Of a stretch of DNA of 64,000 nt, positions 12,426-24,198 are shown piece after piece. Position 1 is the stretch's first letter. Every line of letters starts with the position of its first letter. This DNA comes from Hydrolagus affinis (lineage: Eukaryota), in NCBI GenBank assembly GCA_012026655.1, contig JAAILG010001218.1:1-64000 (forward strand), read 5' to 3'. Under the pieces are notes generated by a model. That model had not been told where the DNA came from and searched no databases. It saw only the letters and a list, made by a program, of their open reading frames with translations. The translations under genes and the position numbers were made by a program.

Positions 12426-14174
12426 CAGAGAATGGGGCAGGAGGTGAATTTGCTGATCTTGTTCTCACTGGTGAATTTAGAGGCTGAGCTTCTATCTCCT
12501 TCGACATATTTCGAAGCCAATATCCCACCAAACCAGCCGCCAAAGGCCACAATCTGAACATTCAGTGTGTTTTGCCCATAAAATACGCAGTCAATTCACT
12601 TTATGGTATGTCCTATGACGCACTGTGAGACGACTCAACGACGTGATATGAAATGCAAGAATTGTTATTCTGATTGTTATTCGAATTCTGCCCCCTCCCT
12701 CACGTGGAGCAAGGGTGGGAACGATTCTGTTCCAATTCGACGCGCAAATCTTTGAATTGCCACAAATTTGACTGCAGCACTTTTAGTGCAGTAACAAGTT
12801 TAATCCCTTTGCTATGTGGTCTCCACGCACTCGCATGCCAAAGTTCTCTCAATGAAATACGATTAGACTTCATTTCACATTACATCTTTATCTAATCACT
12901 GGTTTTCCCAGTTTCATCCCTTGTTATATCCAAGGATTACAGCTGCCTGATTCAAAACCATCTGTTTTAACACATGCAATTTATTTCAACATTTAATTAA
13001 ATGTTTTATATAGGCATCTTCCTCGGAATTAACTTTTCAAATATGAGTTATTGCGGTTTTAATGTTGTCATAATGGCAACAGGGGAAAACTAACACCATT
13101 TTGTTGATATTTATAATGAATTCATTCAAAACCTTCCACTGGGACAGATTAAGTCATAATAATTAATCTAAATTACTAATGGGGGGGGGGGTGTTCTGAT
13201 TTTCTGATGATGAAAATCATTTACAAAGAAGATTCAAAATGACTAAGAAATCACAGGAGGTGCTGCTGTAATTGAATTTAGGGAGGATAATTTCTTACTC
13301 ATAAAATGTAGTGCTATAAGCTCCGAATATACTGACACTAAAAGGAAATTTGTTTTAGTTGCACATTAATAAAGGTGAATCTAACATGCAATACATTAGG
13401 TCTAATTCATAGCTGTAATTTACTGCTTCTAGAGGCCAATTGTACTTGATTATCTATTTCGCTAATTGATTTGTTTATGGTAAAAGTTTGCCATGTGAAT
13501 ATCAATCAAGTGGGCAGCCAGTGCAAGCTCCACTCAAGTTAAGTTTTGCTTAGACTTGGCCTAGCGGAAAAAGTTGAATACGTCGGAAGTTTAATTCATA
13601 ACAAGAATAATGTTAACATCTCATCACACCGTTAACGTATCTCAGAGTGCTTCCCTCCGCAGGATTGACTGTAAAACATAGTAACTAGGCCAAATTCAGC
13701 AAGTGAGTTGCGTAACGGGAGGAGAGACACAGTGATAAATCAATTAGTGATATCAATTCTTATATCGATTTGTGAAACCGGGGGAATAGCAACCCAATCA
13801 TAGCATGGATAGTGCGTCATCACTTAGAGATTGCTTCTTTGTGTTATACGTTGGGCAGAAATGGACTTCAAGGTGATTCTTAAATGTGAGAAATGGTTTC
13901 ACATTGGGAAAATGGGTCCTGACATCCAAGAGTGTAAGGGCACTGTGTTAGACCGGGAAAAATCATTTAGTTTTATTGGTTATTTTATTGGTTATTTCGG
14001 TTTGAAAGGTGAAAGCCATTGACCATTACATTTTACCCCCAACAAGGATTTTTTTTTAACAGCAAAATCTGGCAATTTGTTTGAAGCACAGCAACAGGCA
14101 GAATAATAATAATATTAATAATAATTTAAAGAATTAATCCTAACCCTTTTGTACTGCAGAAAGGGTGTCCTTAC

Positions 14175-14246
14175 CTGTCTTGTCTTCTCAGCATATTCTT
14201 TTGCTTCTTTGGGCTTTTTCCTTAGATCAGGTGAAATCTCTTCCAT
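14175..14246 (-). CDS. Candidate first coding segment (MEEISPDLRKKPKEAKEYAEKTRQ, 3'-partial) within a 75-nt exon (14175-14249) of an unidentified large gene
   Basis: Minus strand shows a branch-like CTCAC, pyrimidine tract tttatttattcttgttt, acceptor ggcag|GAG and donor CAG|GTAAGG. The exon is 75 nt, only frame 0 is open, and GAGATGG is a strong Kozak context. Protein not recognised; it could be a uORF. Confidence 0.6.
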
Positions 14247-14898
14247 CTCCTGCCCCCAAACAAGAATAAATAAAGTGGCAGTGAGTGAGTTGCTGCTTCA
14301 CAAACAACAATGTGTAGATCTGGTCATATGAACCTCAATCAAATACCACGATTACAACAGCACCTTAGCCGTAGCAAGCTGGGGACTAGGAGAAGAGGTA
14401 CTCGGAGTCGATGGGAAGAAATTATTTGGACGCACATTTTTTTTTCGAAGAAAACTTTGTAAAGACTGTACAGCACAGACACAGGTCACTCAACTCAACC
14501 GTGAAGCAACTCGTACACCTACATAGGTCCTCTCTGTGCAAGACTGAAGAACCTTATCTTACTTAATCTCTCCATTACTGGCATTGGTCTGGTTGTCCTC
14601 CTTTGTAATCTCCAGACAACCCCCTGATATTGTGATGACCACATTGTACACAACATCCTTAGATGCTATCAGTGCTCTACATAACAACAACAAAATTACA
14701 CATGTAACTGCAACAAAAAGTTCCATTTGTATAGTGCATTTCACGTCAGGAGGATGTCCCAAGCTGCCAATGTTTGTTTTACAGTATTTATTGTTACATA
14801 TTTAGCAATGTATTTCAAAATCATAATTTACAGATATCACCTTCACATGTAGGATGGAAAAAAAGTTAATTGGGCAAATAAGGGTGTGTAGAAAATCT

Positions 14899-15290
14899 AA
14901 TAATAATAATCCTTGCATTTGATATAGCCCCTCATTATGTCCTTGGGACGTCCTCCTGACATGAAAGGCACTCTACAAATGTAAAAGTCTCAAAGCGCTT
15001 TGCAGGATACACTGTAAAGTGGAGTGACTGTGTATTTTGTAGGTGAAACACTGAAGCCAGCTTGCATACAGCAACGTCCCACATTCAGGAGTGAGAGTGA
15101 GAGATCAATTTTATTTGTGCAATTGTCATTCAGAACACTGAGAGAAACCCTCGTCTCTTTTCGAATAGTTCAATAACATCCACCTGAACCCCTCCCCCCA
15201 CCAATGTGGGCCTAATTAGAGTCAGACTATCTGATTCCAAGTCCCAGCATGGGGCTTGAACTCACGACCTTCTGACTCGGAGGTGTTAGG
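14899..15290 (-). mobile_element. Older DeuSINE (SacSINE1/AmnSINE1-like) remnant
   Basis: Family-like tail plus head GGGCTTGAACTCACGACCTTCTGACTC, resembling older shark DeuSINEs as I recall them. Confidence 0.6.
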
Positions 15291-15874
15291 CTGGCACGGG
15301 CATATTGATAACTCACAGATGCTATCGAGTTAGGACATCGCTCGCACTTTGTACATTAATTTTAAAAAATGCATCTTAACGAAATAAACACTAAAAAGGC
15401 CACTGAAATAGCCATTCACCACATTTATTATATCTATCCAGTTGCTTCTCTGAACCGTTCCTATGGCTGAGTTTCAGATGTTACAGAGGGCGAGGGATTA
15501 ATTTAAATGTAGTGGCAAAGGCTGACAAAGCATTAATGAAGCAAGCGGTTGGGAACATAGAAAGAGGTAAATGCAAGCATCAGATGAAAGTAGATAAGCA
15601 TACAATACGATTTAAGATTAAAGGGGTGTATTGAATGAAAAATAACAGCTCCTGAACGAAGCAGTGAGTTCAAGGGGAAGGTAGAAGTGCTAAAGTCAAC
15701 ATGATGCAGAACAGAACAAAATTAATTTGAAAAAGAATACGGACGGAAAGATAATGAAATCGTTTTTGCTACTTCTTAGACGGTATTTTCTCAATGTGCA
15801 GTGAAAATGAAGCCTCCTCCCATTGACTGGAACCACATCTATCAGCACCTGTCGCAGTCATTAAGTAAACTGTT

Positions 15875-16150
15875 TCCACGTCATTGAGACGTCTCAAAGC
15901 TCTTCATATAATGTAACGTGGATTTACTGTGGAATCTGCGAGTGAAACGAGGCAGCCAATTGTGCCCAGCAGTGTCCCACAAATAGTCGTGGATTGAAAT
16001 TACCAATTTATGATTGTTTTTGGGGGGCAATTATTATTACATGTGTAGAGTAAGGAAACTTACTTTTGCCCTGCCCGGAATTGAACCCAGATCTCTCGCT
16101 TGTAAGGCGAGTGCTCTAACCACTGAGCTACACTGAGCTACAGGACTCCA
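15875..16150 (-). mobile_element. Deu-SINE short form
   Basis: Family sequence, with a small internal duplication CACTGAGCTA x2 in the head. Confidence 0.85.
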
Positions 16151-16749
16151 ACTATTCTTAAAGATAAGATTCTTTTGTCATGATTATAAATACATTTGTT
16201 TCACGTGAACTCCCGTTTTTGAAGATCTGATTTATTTTCCCCCTACAGAAATCTAAGACCAAATGTAGTTATGTTAGCATTGGATATTGTGGCCTCATAA
16301 TCTCCAGCTCAGTGCCAGTCTTAAAATCTCATAGCAGTCTGCTGTGATTCTCTGTATACTAACTATAGATCTATTCCCTTGTTGAAAGCAATGGAGCATG
16401 ACAAAACCTGCTGGATTTTGTCAAGTTTAATATCCGTCTGTTAAGATCTTTACCTTCGGTCTTTGAATTCCCTCCCTCCCCCACCATTGTCTTTGACATT
16501 GGATGCTGGGAGCTCAGTAGGGCCTCATTCTGGTGCGTAATAAACCATATCCAGCTTAAGATCAATGTGTTTTCCCCGCGAGGAAAAATAAAGTAGGAAC
16601 TGACCCGAAATGATCGCCCTGATTTTCTGCTAAAATGAAGGACACAAGTGGTCAAAGAACCGGACTTAGAGAGTCTTAAATGGCTGTAAAGACATCCAGT
16701 GGCAGTTTAAAGGTATTGCATCAGGCAAACATCAGGCAAGTCAATGGAA

Positions 16750-16848
16750 AGACTTGACGAGGGTTGTAGACCCGAAACGTTGACTCCTCTTCCTTTCTCC
16801 ATGGATGCTGTTTGACCAGCAAGTTTTGTTTTTGTTAACAGACTTGAC
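16750..16848 (+). mobile_element. Short Penelope-like-element-derived repeat with degenerate minimal hammerhead motif
   Basis: TTGACGA-GGGT-tgtag-ACCC-GAAAC-GTTGAC followed by CTCCATGGATGCTG. Flanked by the 9-bp direct repeat AGACTTGAC (16750-16758, 16840-16848). Confidence 0.65.
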
Positions 16849-17594
16849 ATGTTGGGCTGCAATCAGTGGAGCATGAGGCACCTTTGGTGATGTCAGTCGC
16901 TAATGGGATTACCCCATTCTAATCGCCCTTGAGGCAAAGGTTGTACGCAATAAACAGTGCGTAAAGTTGACTTAAAGTTCAGCCCATATATTCCTGAAGA
17001 CTATATTTTCAAAGTAATGGGATGACAATTTTTGGTGTTTCAAAAAGCCTTCAATGTCTACAAATGCACAGTTGCTTGATTTCACAGTAAATCTGGTGAA
17101 GCGCTTAGATACATCCTTCCAATGTGACAATCTCCCCTACCAAAGGCAAGAATCGAGTACATTATGGGTTAATCGCCGTTTGCAGACTGACTGCTGGGTT
17201 TGCCCAAAAGCCACGGTACAGTAATGAGCATTGAGATGTTTTGATGACTGAATTCACCGCACAGTTGCTTCTGGATGGATGGTGCAGGTGCACAACAGCC
17301 TTTGAATCCGAATGCAAGCTCAGCATTTTGCAACGATCCATCGTATCAATACTGCAACACTTGATTTTCCTTCAGTACCTTGGCTCTCTGAACAGGATGC
17401 TATCTCCTACTTAAACGAGATATATTTTAGCTAATTTTTCAATTAAAAGATTACGATAAAAAAAGAGCAGCTCATGGGATTTTGTGTTTGATATCGTACT
17501 TTAGTATATCCATAACTTACATAACAGTCTGTGAATTTCTTAGCTTAATTAAGAAATACTGTATTGTATTTTTAAAATCTCCTCTTCTACTTTG

Positions 17595-18070
17595 AACAAC
17601 AACAAAATTATATTTATAGAGCACCTTTCACATCGGGAGGACGTCCTAAGGCGCTGAACAGTCAGGTTAGGACCCGAGCAAGGGAGAGGGGCAGGGTGGG
17701 TGGGAGGGGCCGGAGTGAGTTAGGAGGGGAGGGAGAGTTGGGAGGGCAGCAGAAGGCAAAATCAAAGTGAAAGGTCTTGAGACAGGCCTTGAAGGAGGTG
17801 AGGAAGATCAAGGGACTATTGGATGGAGTTCCAGAGTGTGATGACAGAGAGGCTGAAAGCCCGTCCACCAATGGTAGGGTGGGTCGGGCTGGAACCCGCT
17901 GAACAAAGGGGGCGAGGAGGTTCACAGAGGACATAGAGGTGGAGGGGTGGCATAACCATGAAGGTGAGGACAAGGATCTTGAATTCGATCCTCTGGGGGT
18001 TGGGGAGCCAATAGTGCCGGGCGGGGTGGAGGGGGTGGGAGTGATATGGTCGTGGAGCTTGGTGACCCTG
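17595..18070 (-). mobile_element. L2 LINE 3' fragment
   Basis: (TTG)n tail and decayed ORF2 motifs HDHITP and FKACLKTFHF. Confidence 0.85.
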
Positions 18071-18257
18071 TAACTGACCCTGAAATGTAATTGCAATTGT
18101 GCCCCATCCACGTGCCTAATCTTGATGTCGGAATGTTAACAGAGAGCGTTGTGTTATTGTTCCATGGAGTCCCATCCTAGCCCTCACGTGACATCCGTAC
18201 ATTATTAACATTAACATTGCCTCCTTTCCAACCCAACCAAGCTCTCAACATAGACAT

Positions 18258-18627
18258 ACAACAACAACAAAGTTACATTTGTATAGCTACTTTCACATCA
18301 GGAGCATCAGGAGGACGACCCAAGGTGCTGGACAGACAATATTCTGGACCTTACCTGGGAGTAGGGATTGGGGAGTGTGGAGGGCAGAGGAGGAGGCGGT
18401 TGAGTGAAAGCATGGTCGAAGCGTAGGGCCTTGAGGTGAGTCTTGCAAGGGATGGGACGAGGCAGAGGGACTGCGGGATGGAGTTCCAGAGGGTGGGGAC
18501 AGAGTGGCTGGAAGACCGTCCTCCAACGGTGGGGCGGGCGAGGCTGGGGCCATAGGGCAATTCCCATTAAGGGGAGGGAGCGGGCTGGTTGGTAGGGGGT
18601 TAGAAGGTCGCAAAGGTAGGCAGGAGC
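18258..18627 (-). mobile_element. L2 LINE 3' fragment
   Basis: Decayed ORF2 motifs APAYLCDLL, LWNSIP and KTHLK, plus tail. Confidence 0.85.
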
Positions 18628-18999
18628 GAACATAACACTTATTCATCCTGCCTGGAGCATGGGGCTCAGTACCACACCATGTAACACATTTACCCATTGA
18701 AATGTGATTGGGGCCTCAACACTACAGATTTAATGGAACATCTGTCAAGAGAATTTCTGCCCATTCAGCACATCATTCATCCAAAATGCAATACATGACA
18801 ACCCTGCACTGTGCCATGCTAATGAATCAATCCAATTGGGTTAATAACAATGCTTCTTCCATTCCCTACTCGGACAGATATCTATCCCATTCTCCAATTG
18901 ACTGTCAAAGAAGCACAATTCACGTGGAGTTTGGTGGAATGAATAGGTGTATAGGAAAACAGGACCTCTCCCTTTCACTATACCCCTTCAAACCTCCTC

Positions 19000-19290
19000 T
19001 ACCCAAGGTTTGTCCATCTCTTAAACATCCCAGTTGATGCCATCTCTACAGCTGTCTAGAGTAGAGCGTTCTGTAGCTTCACAAGCCTCTGTGTGAAGGA
19101 ATGCTTGCTGACCTCAGTTCTACACATCTTTGTTCTGATTTGAAGACCATGCCCCCCTCGTAATGAATCCCTCTTCCAAAGGGAAGAGTCATCCACTATA
19201 CAATCTGTCAGTTCCTTTCATTTTTAAAAAAAAAAATACCTCAATCAAATTAGTCCTTAACCTCCTGTGATCTGAGGAATACAACTCTGA
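19000..19290 (-). mobile_element. Old CR1 3' fragment
   Basis: Diverged similarity to the CR1 copy at 42640-43260 (e.g. GCCTCTG-GTGAAG-AATG). Confidence 0.6.
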
Positions 19291-22200
19291 TATAGCTTTT
19301 AACCCCCTCTTCCCCACTACCCGTCAATGCTCCGCTCAGCTTTCCCACCTAATGAAAGCCATAGCAAACGAAACTGAGTGACAGGCACCTTGGCTCTCAA
19401 ACTCAGCATTTCCCAGTCACTTACAATAGGAAAATTTGTGTTATTTTAAAGGCGCGTCTTCTGCGACGGTAAATTGGGATTTTGCTTATTCCCGTCATTT
19501 GCATTTTATCTTCGAGGAACATTCGAAACGGCACATAAAACATGTTTTTATCAACCCGCTAAAATTTGATGACTAAAAATAGTCTCTCAGTTGCCTGGCA
19601 ACCGGTGCCTATGTTTCTTGCATACCCTGCAAAATTTATATCGTCTCCTTCCAGACACAGTCCACCACGGCGAGAGAGTGATGAGAAATGTTAACGTTAA
19701 CTCCAAGGCACATTCGTCCAAACTAAACTCACTGGGAAAATGGGATCAACTTTTACGCGGCTGAGATTAGATAACCATCTACAGCAGCTTTTCGGCGCAG
19801 TTAAGGTACAGCTTCCAGTCAAATATCGCTCTCCTGTATTTTTTCGTTTGCAATTACAAATGATCTCGCATTTGAAAGATTGCTGCGGTGAGGTGCAGGA
19901 AGTAATAATAACAGTAATAATCCTTGCATTTGATATACGCGCCTTAATCGCGTCCTCGAGACCTCTCAAGGCGCTGGTTGTCTTTTCTGTTCCCGCCCAA
20001 CAGGAACCGCATCCCGTGCTCCACAACGCCAAAGCTTTATTGCTTAGGGTGTCTCAAAACAGCATCGCAATCGTGATTGGTTTTCTGACAGGTGGGTGTT
20101 AATTGCGAGCCTGAAGTTGGGGGGGAGAAACTTCTGGGGAAGTGTTTACTCGGGCAGCATCGTCGGTGGTGGTGGCCACTAATGGGATTCCCCATTCTAA
20201 TCGCACATCGCCAGGCAACGCTGGGTGGCTGCAATGTGAAATCCCATTAGTGACTGACATTGCAAAAAGTGATGCGTGGAAAGCTCACTGGAATTTTTCC
20301 CCAGATAAGTGGGCATTTGCGTCACAAATTGCTTGAGCGCAATGCATAGCAGATCATGTGGAACTCGCAGTATTTGGGTTTGGAAACACTTAAAGCATGG
20401 TGATGGGTTTCTGCATATATTGGACAGACCAAATCAAAATTGACAGCAATGGCCTGTAAAGCACTTTGAGCTGTTTTGATGTGATGTTACAGGTGCTATG
20501 TCGAATTCGAGGATCAATATAATGGACCAAGGCAATTGTAAACAGCCCAAAGCAGTGAGAAGCCAATTGACTGACTAACCAAATAACTAATCATCCATCC
20601 ATTATCTTGATCATCCAGTAATCCAATCATCAGAATGATCTGAAATACAATGTATTGTGTGTATGACCCCAAAATTGTACACCTTAAATAGTCGCACTTA
20701 AGGAATCCCTCTTCATAGGAACCTCCCTTGCTTTCCCTCTACCTAATCATTTAATATTATACCTGTGGATCACTATCCAGAAGTAATAATCCCTTCAAAC
20801 AAAAATAATAATAATTTGGTCACTCAATCCATGACTGTTTGTGGGGCACTGCTGTGCGCAACTGGCTGTTGTGTGTCAAAATATACAATCAATTCACTTT
20901 ACAGTATACTCTGAGAAGTCTTGAAGATGTGATAAGACGCTATATAAAATGCAAGGATTATTATTTATAATCTGTTTCTGGGTCTATGTAAATCAGCTAT
21001 ATGCTAACACCACAAAATTGATTGTGCAAAGCCTGTGCTCGGCTTGAAAAGATTTAATGCACCAAAGGAAAGGTTTGAGGGTTCCTAGGTAGAGAAAATG
21101 TTCAAAGTTACAGAGATTTTACAGAAAATAAAAAAAGTGTGCTGGAATGTTTTTGAAAAAGGGATATTTTGAAGGGGTTAGTGGAAGGGAGTTTAACAGA
21201 TGGCAGAACTTGAAAAATGAGAAAATTCAACCTGTAAATATTATTCGGTCGTGAATTTAATTTCTAAAGGATTGTGCAGCTTAGCATTAATATTTAATGG
21301 GGAAGGAGTGTTACTGCTGACATCTTCCTTGTAGAGTCACATTACAAGAGGAGAATTTTGAAGACATCGTTTTGGTAATAATAGCTGCAGGTAGGTGTCA
21401 TGTATTTTAACATTTTAATAAATGAGAGATACGACTAACCTGAACATTTTTTTTATCAGCAAAAATCTAATACATTTCCAGCAATGAAGAACACTGACAA
21501 GTAAATCACCTGATCTTCCATGTGCTCCTAATTGCCTTAGCGATAAGGCGCTGCTGGTGACTCACAAATCAGCCCAGAATCCATGTCAAAGAGCACATGA
21601 TTAAAATGAATGTCTTTTCATAGACCATAGTTAACTACTAATCAAATCATAGCATTTAAAATGTACTTATTCTAAATGGCATAATTTAATGTACTACCCA
21701 GTCACTTCCTTAGGCTTCCCCTTTGTATTCTCATACACCATTGCATGTTCTTTGAAAGGGAATTTTCTTTCATATTCAAGCGAAACCAGTGACATTTACA
21801 CATTGACTGCATGGAGGTTTATTTCCCCAACGCTGCAAAAAGCTATCAACACTTTTTTTCTCTCTCTCTCTCTGACTATGATCTCCAGGGTTACCGACTT
21901 TGTTTTCTGAGTTAAGGAAAATGCTCTTGGCAAGGTTTAAATCTGTTTTGTCGTATTTTATAAAGATGCGCTCAGTCACCTCCAAATATACTGCAAATGG
22001 GGCTTTTTTTTTGCTGGGGCTGTGGTTGGAAGGAAATGTAGGCTGACACTCATTTTGGCATCTGCTGGCTGTCGCAAGCATCTATAAGTGTTGCAATGTT
22101 CACTGTCTTTGCAATATATTCTGTGAAGCGCTTTGGGCCGTCTCAAAGACTATGTAAAGGCGTTATATCAAAGGCAAGGATTATTATCATTATTATTATA

Positions 22201-23876
22201 TCAAATTAAAGGATTATTCTCATTATAAATTTACTTTTGTGTGGGTCAGGAGGGCATCGTGTTTGTTTTAGATATTACAAGGTCGAAATGTATAATCCTG
22301 AAATTATAGTTTCCTATACCAAGGAAGTCCTCCTTTTCTAAACATATCAATAATCATCCTTGCATTCGATGCATTACAGTGCCTTGTGTCTCAAAGTGCT
22401 TCACAGAACATACTGTAAAGTGGATTGACTGTGTAGATTATGGGCGAAACACGGCAGCCAATTGCGCACAACAGTGTCCCACAAACAATCTCAGATCGAG
22501 TGTGGAGGGCAGGAATTATTACCCCCGGAAAGTAATCCACCAGTAATCATATATACGGCTAGGTAAACAGACGTATGTTTTGCGCTGGAGCTCCAGTGAA
22601 CAACAACAAAAAAAAATTACATTACTATAGCGCCTTTCAAGGCGCTGACATTGTCACGTTCTGACATTGGATTTGAGCCACAACCTTCATAAGAAGCAAG
22701 AGTGCTGCCAACTGGGCCAATCTGTCGCCTGCTATCAACTAGAGCTATTTGCATTAAACCATTCTGATTCTTAAGCATTATTAAAGATCAGCTCTTCCTG
22801 ACTTGATCGTTTGCTCTTACACTAACTGGGAAGATTTTACAGGGACATAAAGCACTGGAATTCACAGCTTGCAGGAACCACGTTCAACGTACACTTTGTA
22901 TGGCCAGTTGATGCTGTTCCAGCTTCCCTCCAAACGCAGATGTGGAATCTGCACGTTTCGTTCATTCGGATGTTGGGAAACATTTTAACGTTCAATTAAG
23001 TAAAGTACGTTCACCCACAAAAACACACATTGACTCCACTCTCCAGTATAAGATTCCTTCAAAGCGTTTTCAAACGTCCTGACGTGAAAGTGGTAAGGAG
23101 TACTATTATTAATTACTACTAATAATCCTTGCATGTCAAAGCAGTTAATCACTTCTTCGAGATGTCTCAAAGCACATCACAGCATCTGTACAAGTGAATT
23201 TACTGTATATTTTGTGGGTGAAACATGACAATAATTATTAATAGTTTGAGTACCGGTTGACTATTTTCTGGTTTGTGATTTGTCCACGGCTTCATCCCAC
23301 GCCGTCTGTAACACTCTGTTTTGTTTAAGATAGCCTTGAGATGCCTATTATTTCCAGCTCTCGTTACCAGTGACCCACTCATTAGTTAATTAAAAAGCTG
23401 CCCCAGTACAGGTTCTCAACCTGGGATGTGCCCAACCTCTCGACTGAAGCACACTCGACAGCAGCCAGAGACCCACAAGTAAAATGCAAATCACTGAAAA
23501 AGAACTGGTGGGAAAGAGATTAGATGCTCATTTATCTCCCGCGGTTCCAGCTGAGCAGATGGTTTTGAAGGCATTAAACGTCCGCAGGTTAAAACAAAGC
23601 TTCTGATCACCTTCTATTATTTCATCCTTCTTCCGTTCTGTCATTCAACGCACGCCTCGGCCCCTTTCAAATGCAGAGAGCAAATCAGTTCAGCTGCCGT
23701 CAATTTTCTGCAGAATGCACAGGGAGCCTCTTTCCCTCCTCTCAGAAGTCCATGCGTTAAGGATATCATTTTGTTTTCAACAGAACTTCAATGGGCTTCC
23801 TTAAACTCAAACTCAAGGCATCTAACAGTAGCACATTTGACACTGGGGCAAATCTTAGCCCAATCCTCCATAGATT

Positions 23877-24198
23877 GTGGAGTCCTCAGTGGTTAAAGCA
23901 CTCGCCTTGCAAGTGCGAGCTTTCAATGGGTTTGATTCCCCGTAAAGGCGAAACTTTGGGCAAGTTTCCTTACTCCACACACAAGCCTGATAATCCCTCG
24001 AAAAAAACAATAATAAATTGGTCATTTCAATCCACGACTGTTTGTGGGACACTGCTGTGCGCAATTGGCTGCCGCGTTTCGCCCACAAATATACAGTCAA
24101 TTCACTTTACAGTAGATTCTGTGAAGCGTTTTTGAGAGGTCTAGAAGCCGTGAAATGCGCTATATCAAATGCAACGATTATCATTAGTATTATTATTA
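23877..24198 (+). mobile_element. Deu-SINE short form
   Basis: Family sequence. Confidence 0.9.
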
